Assembly (NCBI GenBank): GCA_964475285.1
Contig: CAYYWB010000002.1
Span: forward strand, 1-62,072
Direction of reading: 5' to 3'
From: an uncultured Bifidobacteriaceae bacterium
Lineage (GTDB): Bacteria; Verrucomicrobiota; Verrucomicrobiia; Limisphaerales; UBA11358
DNA length: 62,072 nucleotides
In this document: positions 1 to 7,974 of the stretch, piece after piece
Layout of the letters: the number at the start of each line of letters is the position of its first letter
Position numbering within the stretch: the first letter of the stretch is position 1
Notes under the pieces: model-generated
The model's database searches: none
Told to the model about the DNA's origin: nothing
What the model saw: only the letters and a program-made list of their open reading frames with translations
Program-made: the position numbers and the translations under genes

Positions 1-337
1 TGATGATGACCGACGGCTTCTTGCAAGTGCGCGGATTCAAGCCGAGCGTGCCCACACCGCGCGTCACCACGAGCCGGATGTAACCGTCGCGGAGTTTGTT
101 GGCGCGGCAGGTCTCGACGGTCGCCGCCATCAATTGGGCGTGTGACATCGGGAGTTCCAGCAGGATCGCCTTCGCGGAGTAAAACAGCCGGTCAATGTGT
201 TCCTTGAGCTTGAACACATGGCCATGATAAGCGCGGATGCCCTCAAACACGCCGTCGCCGTAAAGCAGTCCGTGGTCAAACACAGACACCTTTGCGTCGC
301 GCTCGCTGTAATATTTGCCGTCCATGAAAATTTTCAT
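1..337 (-). CDS. ilvE: branched-chain amino acid aminotransferase, N-terminal part (runs off the window start)
   Basis: Reverse translation from the ATG at 337 reads [51 protein letters not shown]..., a typical class IV aminotransferase N-terminus. It is absent from the ORF track because it has no stop in the window. Confidence 0.8.
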   Translation of the reverse strand, partial: MKIFMDGKYYSERDAKVSVFDHGLLYGDGVFEGIRAYHGHVFKLKEHIDRLFYSAKAILLELPMSHAQLMAATVETCRANKLRDGYIRLVVTRGVGTLGLNPRTCKKPSVII

Positions 338-429
338 CAGTTCGTCATACTATTGAAAAATACAGGGTGAAGCAAACGTGAATTTGCGTGACAGCGCACC
401 GCGGACGGATATACTGGTGCGTTCTTTGC

Positions 430-504
430 GACCCTATGGTCTAGCGGTTAGGACACCTCCCTTTCACGGAGGTAGCCCGGGTTCGATTCCCGGTAGGGTC
501 GCCA
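430..504 (+). tRNA. tRNA-Glu (anticodon UUC), CCA end encoded
   Basis: GACCCTA/TAGGGTC acceptor stem, GTCTAGCGGTTAGGAC D arm, CCTCC-CTTTCAC-GGAGG anticodon arm with TTC, GGTTCGATTCC T arm. Closely parallels E. coli tRNA-Glu. Confidence 0.9.
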
Positions 505-738
505 AACTTCCCGATGGGCAGAGCTTCGCTTTTGCGATTGCCGGAAACCGATAATGGGCAGGTGTATCCGATCTCCGCATCGTTATTTCGGATTCCAATT
601 CGCCGGTCACAGCCGCCGCGCGTCTTTGAAAGTCATGCGTGCGAAAGACTTTTCAACCCCCGGAGATTCCACTATGATGTCCAAAGTTTCCGGAAAAAAT
701 GGGGATCGTTGCGAGCAAACCAGCGGGCAAATGATTAC

Positions 739-1311
739 ATGACGAAAAGAAAAACGACAACCACGGGTTTTTCAAGAATCAGCGGGCACAATGGCAGGCC
801 ATCCACCACGCTTCCCACCGGCTCTCCGCTACTGTCCAGAGATTGTCTGCCCCACCCATTCCTCTGGTCAGCGTTGCTGGCCGGCCTGATGTTTGTCTGC
901 GGCTGTCAAACAAACACAACAAATCTGTTCACCGCTGCTGGTTCCGGCTGGCACATCCAGCAGGGCCAGGCGCTTTGGCGTCCGCAACACGGCCTGCCGG
1001 AATTCGGCGGCGACCTCGTGCTTGCCAGCGATGACGCCGGACGCTGCCTGATTCAATTCGACAAAACGCCGATGGCCATTCTTTTCGCGCAGACCACCTC
1101 GAACCGCTGGCTGATAAAATTTCCGCAACGGCAAATGAGTTTCAGCGGGCGCGGGCCGGGGCCGACGCGTTTTAGCTGGCTATATCTGCCGACGGCGCTG
1201 GCCGGAAAACCGCTGCCGAAACCGCTTCATTTTGAGCGCAAGCCGGACGGCGGCTGGCGGCTGGAAAATTCCAGCACGGGCGAAACCCTGGAGGGCTTTC
1301 TTTCGCCGTGA
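739..1311 (+). CDS. lipoprotein of unknown function, first gene of the cluster operon
   Basis: The internal ATG at 739 gives a signal peptide ending in the lipobox-like LMFVCGC. GTGA overlap with the next gene. Its position next to the MMPL exporter recalls DUF3261-type lipoproteins of aryl-polyene loci (inference only). Confidence 0.6.
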   Translation: MTKRKTTTTGFSRISGHNGRPSTTLPTGSPLLSRDCLPHPFLWSALLAGLMFVCGCQTNTTNLFTAAGSGWHIQQGQALWRPQHGLPEFGGDLVLASDDAGRCLIQFDKTPMAILFAQTTSNRWLIKFPQRQMSFSGRGPGPTRFSWLYLPTALAGKPLPKPLHFERKPDGGWRLENSSTGETLEGFLSP

Positions 1312-4300
1312 GTTCGTTCTTGAAACGCTGGTGGTGGGCGCTGCTCGCCGTGGCCGTCTGCCTCGGCCTCTGGCGGCTGCGCTTTGACGTGGACATCCTC
1401 GACCTGCTGCCGCCGGACGAGCCGACCGTTCAAGGCCTGAAACTTTACCAGCAGCATTTCACGAATGCCCGCGAACTCATTGTCACCCTCCGCGCGCCTG
1501 ATTCCGACACTGCCGAGAAATTGGCGGACGAGCTGGCGGCGCATTTGCGGCAGCAAACCAATCTCGTTGCCGAAGTGACGTGGCAGCCGCCGTGGATGGA
1601 ACGGCCGGATCAACTGGGCGAACTGCTCGGCTGGCTGTGGTTCAACCAGCCGCCCGGAGATTTTTCCGCGCTGACCAACCGGCTCGCTCCCGGTCAGCTC
1701 AAGCCGGTTCTGGACGAGACGCGCGAAATGCTCGCCACTTCGATGTCGCCGATGGACCTGGCGCGCCGTTCGTTCGACCCGTTCAATCTGCTGACGATGC
1801 CCGCGCTGACCAACATCAGCGGCATTTCCATGGATCAGGGCAACCAGATGTTCGCTTCCACCGATGGAAAATACCGGCTGCTTTACGTCCAATCCGCCGT
1901 GGATCTGACCAGTTACCGTTCGTGTGAAATCTGGTTAAAGGCGATTCACGCCGTCGTCGCTGATTTGCAAACCGGTTCATCAAAAGACGACTGGAAAAAT
2001 GTCGTCGTCCGCTACACTGGTCGGCCGGTTTTCGTGGAAGAAATCGCCACGAGCATGCAACGCGACATGAGCCATTCAGTGGGCGCGACCTCCATCATCA
2101 TCGCCCTGCTGTTCTGGCTGACGCACCGGCGCTGGCTGCCGATGTTGTGGTTGCTGGCGTTGCTGATGCTGATTTTGGGCGCGACGCTGGCGCTGGGCGG
2201 GCTGGTGCTGGGAACGATCAGTGTGGTGGCATTGGGTTTCGCCGCCGTGCTGCTGGGATTGGCGGTGGATTATGCCGTCGTCCATTATCAGGAAGCGCTG
2301 GCATATCCGCAAATGACCGTGCCGGAAATCCGCCGGGCGATTGCGCCGAGCATCTTGTGGGCGGGCATCACGACAATGAGCGCGTTCCTGGTTCTGAACC
2401 TCGGCGGCCTGCCCGGCCTCGGCCAGCTCGGCTCGCTCGTGGCCATCGGCATCGGCGTGTCGGCGCTGGTGATGGTGATGATTTATCTGCCACCGCTGTT
2501 TCCCGACCGCCGCAAACCGCGGCCGAACCAAACGCCGTTCCGCTGGCGGAATTATTTCTTCGCGCCGGAGGAGCCGCCGGTGGCTGAAATTTCATCCGTT
2601 GGAAAAACTTCTCAACACGCCGCGTTTTTGTTGACCGGTTTAATTTTTTTGAGCGCGTGCGCCGTGTTGTGCTTTCAACGGCCGGGACTGGATCGAAGTG
2701 GAAACGCCCTGCAACCGCAGCACGGCGAGGCGCAGACGACGCTGGATGAAATGACCGTCGAACTCGGCCTGCCGCCGCAACCGCTCTGGCTGATTGTTCC
2801 CGGACGCGACGAGGCCGAAGTTTTTCAAAGGCTCACCAAAGCCGAAGAGTTGCTGAATGGCGCAGTGACGAATCATCTCATCGGTCGTTACCTGCTGCCA
2901 GACACGCTTTGGCCGCGCGCCGAATTTCAGTCGGCCAACCGCGCGACTGCGGCGGTCTTGGGCGGAAAAGGTCCGCTGCTGCGCGAAGCCGCGCTGAATG
3001 CGGGCTTCAACACCAACGCGCTGGTGTTGACGGAGGAACTGGTGCGAACATGGTCGCGCGCCGGTGAAAGCAAGTCGGTAATCTGGCCGACCAATAACGT
3101 CAGCCAGTGGTTATTGAAACGATTCGTCGCGCGCACTTCGGACGAATGCCTGGTGATGGGTTTGATTTATCCCGCGACCAACAAAGTGAACGCGGCGGAG
3201 CTGACAGCCTTGTCAAAGAATCTCGCGCAAAATCACGCGCTGCTGTCCGGCTGGGAATTGCTCGGCAACGCGACCTTGAAACGTGTGCAGTCAAAAATGT
3301 GGCAGGTCGTGACGCCGATGGTCATGCTCGTGCTGCTCTCGCTCTGGTTCGCTTTTCGCCGGGCAACGGAAATTCTGCTCGGCGTGGCGGTGTTGTGTTT
3401 GAGCGGATTTTGTCTGCTGGCAATAATGGCGCTGGCCGGCTGGACCTGGAATTTGATGAACCTGATGGCGGTGCCGCTGATGCTCGGCACCGGCGTGGAT
3501 TACACGCTGTTCATCCAGCTCGCCTTCCGCCGGCACGGCGGCAATCTCGTTGCCGTCCGGCGTTCCGTCGGGCGGGCGCTGATGTTGTGCGGCGGCACGG
3601 CGGTGGCCGGATTTGGCTCGCTCGCTTTTTCCAGCAATCTGGGCATGGCCAGCCTCGGCAAGGTGTGCGCCGTGGGCATCGGTGCCAATATGCTGATTTC
3701 AGTTTTTCTCCTGCCCGCGTGGTGGCGGTTGTTAAGTCCAAAGTCCAAAGTCCAAAGTCTAGGGTCGGAAAGTGCCGGATCGAAAGGGAGCGGAACATCC
3801 GCCCGCGCAAAGCTGCCCGCATTTTATCGTGCCGGTTTGTGGCGGCTCGGCTTGACCGTCGTGCGGGTTTTGCCGGCGGGACTGGTGAAGGGATTTGCCA
3901 TGGTCATGGCCGAATTTTACTGGCTGTTTCAACGCCGCCGCCGCGAAGTGGTGGTGAGGAATTTCCTGCCCGTGTTTGCCGGTGACCGTGCGGCCGCGAC
4001 AAAAGCCGCCCGCACGGCACATCGAAAATTCGCCGCGAAGCTGGTGGATTTATGGCGCGTCGAATCCGGCGAGCCGGTGCGCAACTGGCTGACGGATCCA
4101 CGCGGGTTGGAGATCATCCACGCCGCCCGGCGACGCGGACACGGCACGCTGTTCATCACGCTGCATCTTGGCAATTGGGAGCATGGCGGACTATTGCTGA
4201 ATCAGCACGGCATCCGGCTGACGGTTCTGACGCAGGCCGAACCCGACGACGGCCTGACCGATATGCGCAAGGCGGCGCGGGCGCGCTACGGCGTGGACAC

Positions 4301-4685
4301 GCTGATCATCGGCGAGGACAGTTTTGCTTTTGTGGAAGTCATCAAACAACTTCAGGCCGGCGCGGATCTGGCGGTATCGCTGGATCGGCCGCCGGAGCGT
4401 GGCGGAGTGCCTGTGGAATTTTTCGGGCATCCGTTCGAGGCGTCGCTGGCGGCGGCGGAACTGGCCCGCGCGTCGGGCTGTGCGTTAATTGGCGTGACGA
4501 TCGTCCGCCGGCCCGATGGTTATGCCGTGAAAGTGCTGCCGGAGTTCACTTATGACCGCAAAGCTTTGGGCAGCCGCGAAGCCCGCAGGGAATTGACGCA
4601 ACAAATCCTGCGTGCATTCGAGCCGGAAATCCGCAAAAATATGGACCAATGGTATCAATTCACGCCGATATGGCCGCGCCAATAG
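1308..4685 (+). CDS. fusion protein: MMPL/RND-like predicted exporter (N-terminal ~800 aa) plus LpxL/HtrB-type lysophospholipid/lipid A acyltransferase (C-terminal ~300 aa)
   Basis: Two hydrophobic 5-6 helix bundles separated by large soluble regions, which is the MMPL architecture. The C-terminal part carries HLGNWE (the HxxxxD/E acyltransferase motif of LpxL-family enzymes). Confidence 0.85.
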   Translation: MSSFLKRWWWALLAVAVCLGLWRLRFDVDILDLLPPDEPTVQGLKLYQQHFTNARELIVTLRAPDSDTAEKLADELAAHLRQQTNLVAEVTWQPPWMERPDQLGELLGWLWFNQPPGDFSALTNRLAPGQLKPVLDETREMLATSMSPMDLARRSFDPFNLLTMPALTNISGISMDQGNQMFASTDGKYRLLYVQSAVDLTSYRSCEIWLKAIHAVVADLQTGSSKDDWKNVVVRYTGRPVFVEEIATSMQRDMSHSVGATSIIIALLFWLTHRRWLPMLWLLALLMLILGATLALGGLVLGTISVVALGFAAVLLGLAVDYAVVHYQEALAYPQMTVPEIRRAIAPSILWAGITTMSAFLVLNLGGLPGLGQLGSLVAIGIGVSALVMVMIYLPPLFPDRRKPRPNQTPFRWRNYFFAPEEPPVAEISSVGKTSQHAAFLLTGLIFLSACAVLCFQRPGLDRSGNALQPQHGEAQTTLDEMTVELGLPPQPLWLIVPGRDEAEVFQRLTKAEELLNGAVTNHLIGRYLLPDTLWPRAEFQSANRATAAVLGGKGPLLREAALNAGFNTNALVLTEELVRTWSRAGESKSVIWPTNNVSQWLLKRFVARTSDECLVMGLIYPATNKVNAAELTALSKNLAQNHALLSGWELLGNATLKRVQSKMWQVVTPMVMLVLLSLWFAFRRATEILLGVAVLCLSGFCLLAIMALAGWTWNLMNLMAVPLMLGTGVDYTLFIQLAFRRHGGNLVAVRRSVGRALMLCGGTAVAGFGSLAFSSNLGMASLGKVCAVGIGANMLISVFLLPAWWRLLSPKSKVQSLGSESAGSKGSGTSARAKLPAFYRAGLWRLGLTVVRVLPAGLVKGFAMVMAEFYWLFQRRRREVVVRNFLPVFAGDRAAATKAARTAHRKFAAKLVDLWRVESGEPVRNWLTDPRGLEIIHAARRRGHGTLFITLHLGNWEHGGLLLNQHGIRLTVLTQAEPDDGLTDMRKAARARYGVDTLIIGEDSFAFVEVIKQLQAGADLAVSLDRPPERGGVPVEFFGHPFEASLAAAELARASGCALIGVTIVRRPDGYAVKVLPEFTYDRKALGSREARRELTQQILRAFEPEIRKNMDQWYQFTPIWPRQ
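3734..3759 (+). repeat. tandem heptamer AAGTCCA x3.7 at the exporter/acyltransferase domain junction
   Basis: aagtcca aagtcca aagtcca aagtc read directly from the sequence. It encodes the linker SPKSKVQSL. Confidence 0.9.
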
Positions 4686-4695
4686 CATCTGTTCG

Positions 4696-4774
4696 TAATC
4701 TTAATCGTCCTCTTAATCTTAATCTCCGCACCACGACGAAAATGATTAGGATGAAGAGCATGATTATGATTAAG
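4696..4774 (+). promoter_or_regulatory. long imperfect hairpin spanning the candidate start codons of the LolA-like gene
   Basis: Left arm taatcttaatcgtcctcttaatcttaatc (4696-4724) pairs with right arm gattaggatgaagagcatgattatgattaag (4744-4774). The ATGs at 4742, 4751, 4760 and 4766 lie at or inside the right arm (4744-4774); 4742 overlaps its 5' edge. Confidence 0.5.
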
Positions 4775-5437
4775 AAAGCGTTGCTCGCTGCGGCTGCCTG
4801 TTGTCTGGCCGTCTCGGTTGCTTCCGCCGCCGATTACGACGCGCAGTTCAACCGCTGGTTTCAAGTGCAAACGAATTTGCAGAGTTGGTCCGCCGATTTC
4901 ACCCAGACCCGTTCGCTCAAGGTGCTGGCCCAGCCGCTGGTGTCCGCCGGCAAAGTCTGGGTGAAGCCGGGTGAATTCCGATGGGAACTCGGCCAGCCGG
5001 CGCAAACCATCGTGCTCCGCCGGCCGGATCAACTGCTCATCGTTTATCCGCAGCTCAAGCGGGCGGAGAAATATCCCCTCGACGGCGTTCCGTCCGGCCC
5101 GATGAAGGACGCGCTGGCGCTGCTGGACGCCAGCCTGCCCCGCGACCGGGCGACGATGGAGGCGCATTTTCGCCTGTTGTCGGCCGCGGAAACGAACTCG
5201 ATTCTGCAAATGACGCTCCAGCCCCGGAGCGATTCGGCCCGTAAATTGATCGGTGAAATAGTCATCGGTTTTCACACCAACGATTTCACCATCGCCGCCA
5301 CGGAAATGAAATTCGCCGACGGTTCCAGCCTGCGGAACGATTTCACCAACGTGATGCTGAACCAGCCGATGGATCCGAAATTGTTCGAGGTGGAATTGCC
5401 GCCGGACTGCACCGTGGTTGAACCGTTGAAGCCATGA
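4766..5437 (+). CDS. LolA-like outer-membrane lipoprotein carrier family protein (secreted)
   Basis: Signal peptide MIKKALLAAAACCLAVSVASA. The FTQTRSLKVLAQPLVSAGKVWVKPGEFRWE pattern is typical of LolA-fold proteins. The start could also be 4742, 4751 or 4760. Confidence 0.7.
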   Translation: MIKKALLAAAACCLAVSVASAADYDAQFNRWFQVQTNLQSWSADFTQTRSLKVLAQPLVSAGKVWVKPGEFRWELGQPAQTIVLRRPDQLLIVYPQLKRAEKYPLDGVPSGPMKDALALLDASLPRDRATMEAHFRLLSAAETNSILQMTLQPRSDSARKLIGEIVIGFHTNDFTIAATEMKFADGSSLRNDFTNVMLNQPMDPKLFEVELPPDCTVVEPLKP

Positions 5438-5880
5438 GCTCCTCGCCCGACATTCTGCTGCTAGTCATGCGCTCTCTGCCGCACGGCCCGGAATTTCGTT
5501 TCGTGGACCGGATGGTAAGCCTCACGCCCGGTGTGCAAGGCGTGGGTGAATACCGTGTGCGCGGTGACGAGTATTATTTGCGCGGGCATCTGCCGGGCGA
5601 ACCGATCTTTCCCGGCGTGCTGCTCGTGGAAGCCGGCGCGCAAGTGGCCGGAGTGGTGGCGCAGGAAGATCCGCTAAATCCATCCCTGCCACGGTTGAAA
5701 CTGACCGCGTTGCGTGCCGTCAAAATTCTCGGCTCGGCCAGGCCCGGCGAAACCCTGCGAATCGAAGCGGTCATCACCGGTCGGTTGGGTTCCTTGATTC
5801 AGGCGGAAGTTTCCGCGTTCATCGCGGGCACAAAAGTATTATCGGCGGAGCTCACCTTGAGCGGCACTGCGAAAATATGA
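5434..5880 (+). CDS. FabA/FabZ-like hotdog-fold 3-hydroxyacyl-ACP dehydratase
   Basis: GHLPGEPIFPGVLLVEAGAQ matches the FabZ catalytic His/Glu region. ATGA overlap with the upstream gene. Confidence 0.8.
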   Translation: MSSSPDILLLVMRSLPHGPEFRFVDRMVSLTPGVQGVGEYRVRGDEYYLRGHLPGEPIFPGVLLVEAGAQVAGVVAQEDPLNPSLPRLKLTALRAVKILGSARPGETLRIEAVITGRLGSLIQAEVSAFIAGTKVLSAELTLSGTAKI

Positions 5881-6272
5881 TGACGCATATTCAATTTGGA
5901 ACCCTCTTGGGCGTTTATTTGATTTTGGTCGTAATTAATGTCAAGATATCTGGCTTTTCCAAACAGAAAGATCATGCAGAGAAATATTTCATTGCGAAGT
6001 CAAAACAGTTTTTAGTCACCTACGCAACTTTCAACTTGGTAATGGTTTTGGTTTTCATCGTGGGATTCGTCGGAATGTTCGTTCTTTGGAGTTTCTCTCC
6101 GGCCCTGTTTTTTTTGGGTGTAGCGACAAAGAATTTGGATCCGTTGTTGGTTCCGCCCCGATTGCGTTCGGGCTGGAGCGAATTCTTAGGCAGCGTCGAA
6201 ATTTTTTTTGAAGGTGCGCTCTTCGTTGCCGTCTTTTTTGGCCCAGCTCGGCATTTGTTCTTCCAACCATGA
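5877..6272 (+). CDS. AT-rich small integral membrane protein, unknown function
   Basis: 131 aa with 3-4 hydrophobic helices. ATGA overlaps at both ends. Visibly AT-rich: 22/60 G+C in 5881-5940 versus 36/60 in 5461-5520. Confidence 0.5.
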   Translation: MMTHIQFGTLLGVYLILVVINVKISGFSKQKDHAEKYFIAKSKQFLVTYATFNLVMVLVFIVGFVGMFVLWSFSPALFFLGVATKNLDPLLVPPRLRSGWSEFLGSVEIFFEGALFVAVFFGPARHLFFQP

Positions 6273-7003
6273 CGGCGCCGACGGATCAACCCACGCGCAG
6301 CTTCCGATTCGAGCGCGACACCTTCGCGTTTCCGCATGAGTTGGTGTGGAAATACCATTTTGATCCGGTGACGGGGGCAATAACCACCTTCAAATCGGAT
6401 CCGCCTCCCACTTATTATCATCGTTGTTTCGTGATGACGCGTTCGACGCGGCAATTTTTTTATCACGCCCGTTTCGAACCGGAGCTGCCACCGGTGGATG
6501 ATCAAACTAATCGGAACCTCGTCCGCGCGATGGTCTCGCGCAATCCGCGCCGCGCGTGCGCGGAGCCGGAACGGCTCGTGATTCCCGGCTACGACGGGCT
6601 GCGTTCGTTCAGTCAGGCGCACGAATCGCTGCTCAAGGCGGAATTGGGCGGCCCGTGGCAATCTTATTTTCTGCGAAGCCACTGGCGCATGATTTTCCGG
6701 GTCTCCGGACGGTTTCAGGAAAAGATGGCGGAAAAATTGATACGGTCCCTCCAGCAGCGCGGCGTGTCGCTCGCGCATTTGTTCCGTTTTCCCCGCATCA
6801 CCATCAATCACGGAATCGTGCTGTATGGCTTCACCGAGTCGGAGCAAAATATTGAATTTGAAGCCTACGATCCGAACATTCCCGAACATCCGGTGAAACT
6901 GGTTTATGAAAAAAAGCGACGGGTGTTCACCTTCGCGCCCAACAGCTACTGGGGTGGCGGCGTGTTAAGCGTCACCGAAAATTTTTGCAACTGGCCGTAT
7001 TGA
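6269..7003 (+). CDS. hypothetical protein with a papain-fold (C39/BtrH-N-like) Cys-His-Asp signature
   Basis: Ordered HRCFVMTRS ... ITINHGIVLYGF ... EAYDPNIP resembles the Cys / H-x-V-V-L / DP arrangement of C39-like peptidases and acyltransferases. Judged by eye only. Confidence 0.5.
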   Translation: MTAPTDQPTRSFRFERDTFAFPHELVWKYHFDPVTGAITTFKSDPPPTYYHRCFVMTRSTRQFFYHARFEPELPPVDDQTNRNLVRAMVSRNPRRACAEPERLVIPGYDGLRSFSQAHESLLKAELGGPWQSYFLRSHWRMIFRVSGRFQEKMAEKLIRSLQQRGVSLAHLFRFPRITINHGIVLYGFTESEQNIEFEAYDPNIPEHPVKLVYEKKRRVFTFAPNSYWGGGVLSVTENFCNWPY

Positions 7004-7015
7004 TTGATAATTTAC

Positions 7016-7089
7016 GATTTATGATTTACGATTTGAAAAGATCCGCCAGGAGCGAGAGGCGCACAATCATCAATCGTAAATCATAAATC
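7016..7089. terminator. bidirectional terminator-like hairpin between convergent genes
   Basis: Perfect 18-bp stem gatttatgatttacgatt (7016-7033) / aatcgtaaatcataaatc (7072-7089) with a 38-nt loop. The arms are built from tandem heptamers and abut both stop codons. Confidence 0.55.
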
Positions 7090-7090
7090 A

Positions 7091-7447
7091 TCAATTTGTG
7101 CGGCGGCGCGGCTGCCAGAAGGCGACGCCAAAGAAAAATGTGCCACAGGCGTTGAGGCCCAAAATGTAGCCAATCTCGTAGCCACGGCCCACGTTGTTCG
7201 GCGCGTAAATCGGCAGATCATGCCCCGTCAACAATCCCGGCAGCGCGGCCGGCATGAGCGCGCCCTCCAGCAAACCTGTGTAGAATCCGGCGACGTAATC
7301 AGGCTTGTAATAGCGCGGCGCCGCCCAGCCCTGGGCGAAAATAAGCGCCAAACTGATCGCGGTCATGGCGATGAATTTAACGACAATCACCTTCGCCTTG
7401 GATGGACCGGCGGGAGTTGCGGCTTGCGTTTGAACAGGTTCGACCAT
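7091..7447 (-). CDS. small membrane protein, unknown function
   Basis: Hydrophobic C-terminal two thirds of the 7091..7789 ORF. Start chosen at MVEPVQT. The Arg-rich upstream extension looks non-coding. Confidence 0.35.
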   Translation of the reverse strand: MVEPVQTQAATPAGPSKAKVIVVKFIAMTAISLALIFAQGWAAPRYYKPDYVAGFYTGLLEGALMPAALPGLLTGHDLPIYAPNNVGRGYEIGYILGLNACGTFFFGVAFWQPRRRTN

Positions 7448-7680
7448 CCGGCAAAGGATGTTCCGGCGCCGGATGCCGGGCAAGAAGATAATGCCGCAAC
7501 CGTCTCCAAGCTTGACCTCGTTCCGGGCCGCTTCATAATTCCGCCGATGAATTTTGATGATGATCATCGCTTCCGCCCTGGCGCTGCGGCCGGATTCAAA
7601 TTCCAGCCGGTTTTTTCGCCGGCAGCGCGGTGTTTTGCGGTTGTCATCAATCATAACCCCGCCACCGAACCGAACCCGTA

Positions 7681-7956
7681 ATGACTCCCGAAACGGATCC
7701 CAAGATAATCGCCGCGAAACTCTGCGAGTTTGCGCGGACCAACTTCGTCGCCGAGGGAATGGAATTTGACGAGAACAGCCCGTTGTCACAGGCTGGCATA
7801 GATTCTTTCGCGCTGGTGGAACTGGTGCTCTTTTGCGAGCGCGTGCTGGGCGTCCGGGTGCCGGACTCGCACTTGACCGGCGCCAACCTGGCCTCGATGT
7901 CTTCGCTGGCCAACTGCATCGCCGGGCTGGCGCGCAACAGCCAGCCTTCGTCTTGA
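7681..7956 (+). CDS. acyl/peptidyl carrier protein
   Basis: 91 aa with LSQAGIDSFALVELV, a phosphopantetheine attachment-type DS(F/L) motif. Confidence 0.8.
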   Translation: MTPETDPKIIAAKLCEFARTNFVAEGMEFDENSPLSQAGIDSFALVELVLFCERVLGVRVPDSHLTGANLASMSSLANCIAGLARNSQPSS

Positions 7957-7974
7957 AAATTTCCGGCAGCGACT

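Noticed and set aside
514-738. Upstream 75 codons of the first cluster ORF (the track ORF starts at 514)
   Set aside because: The region has no hydrophobic signal and starts almost at the tRNA end. The lipoprotein signal peptide follows the internal ATG at 739.
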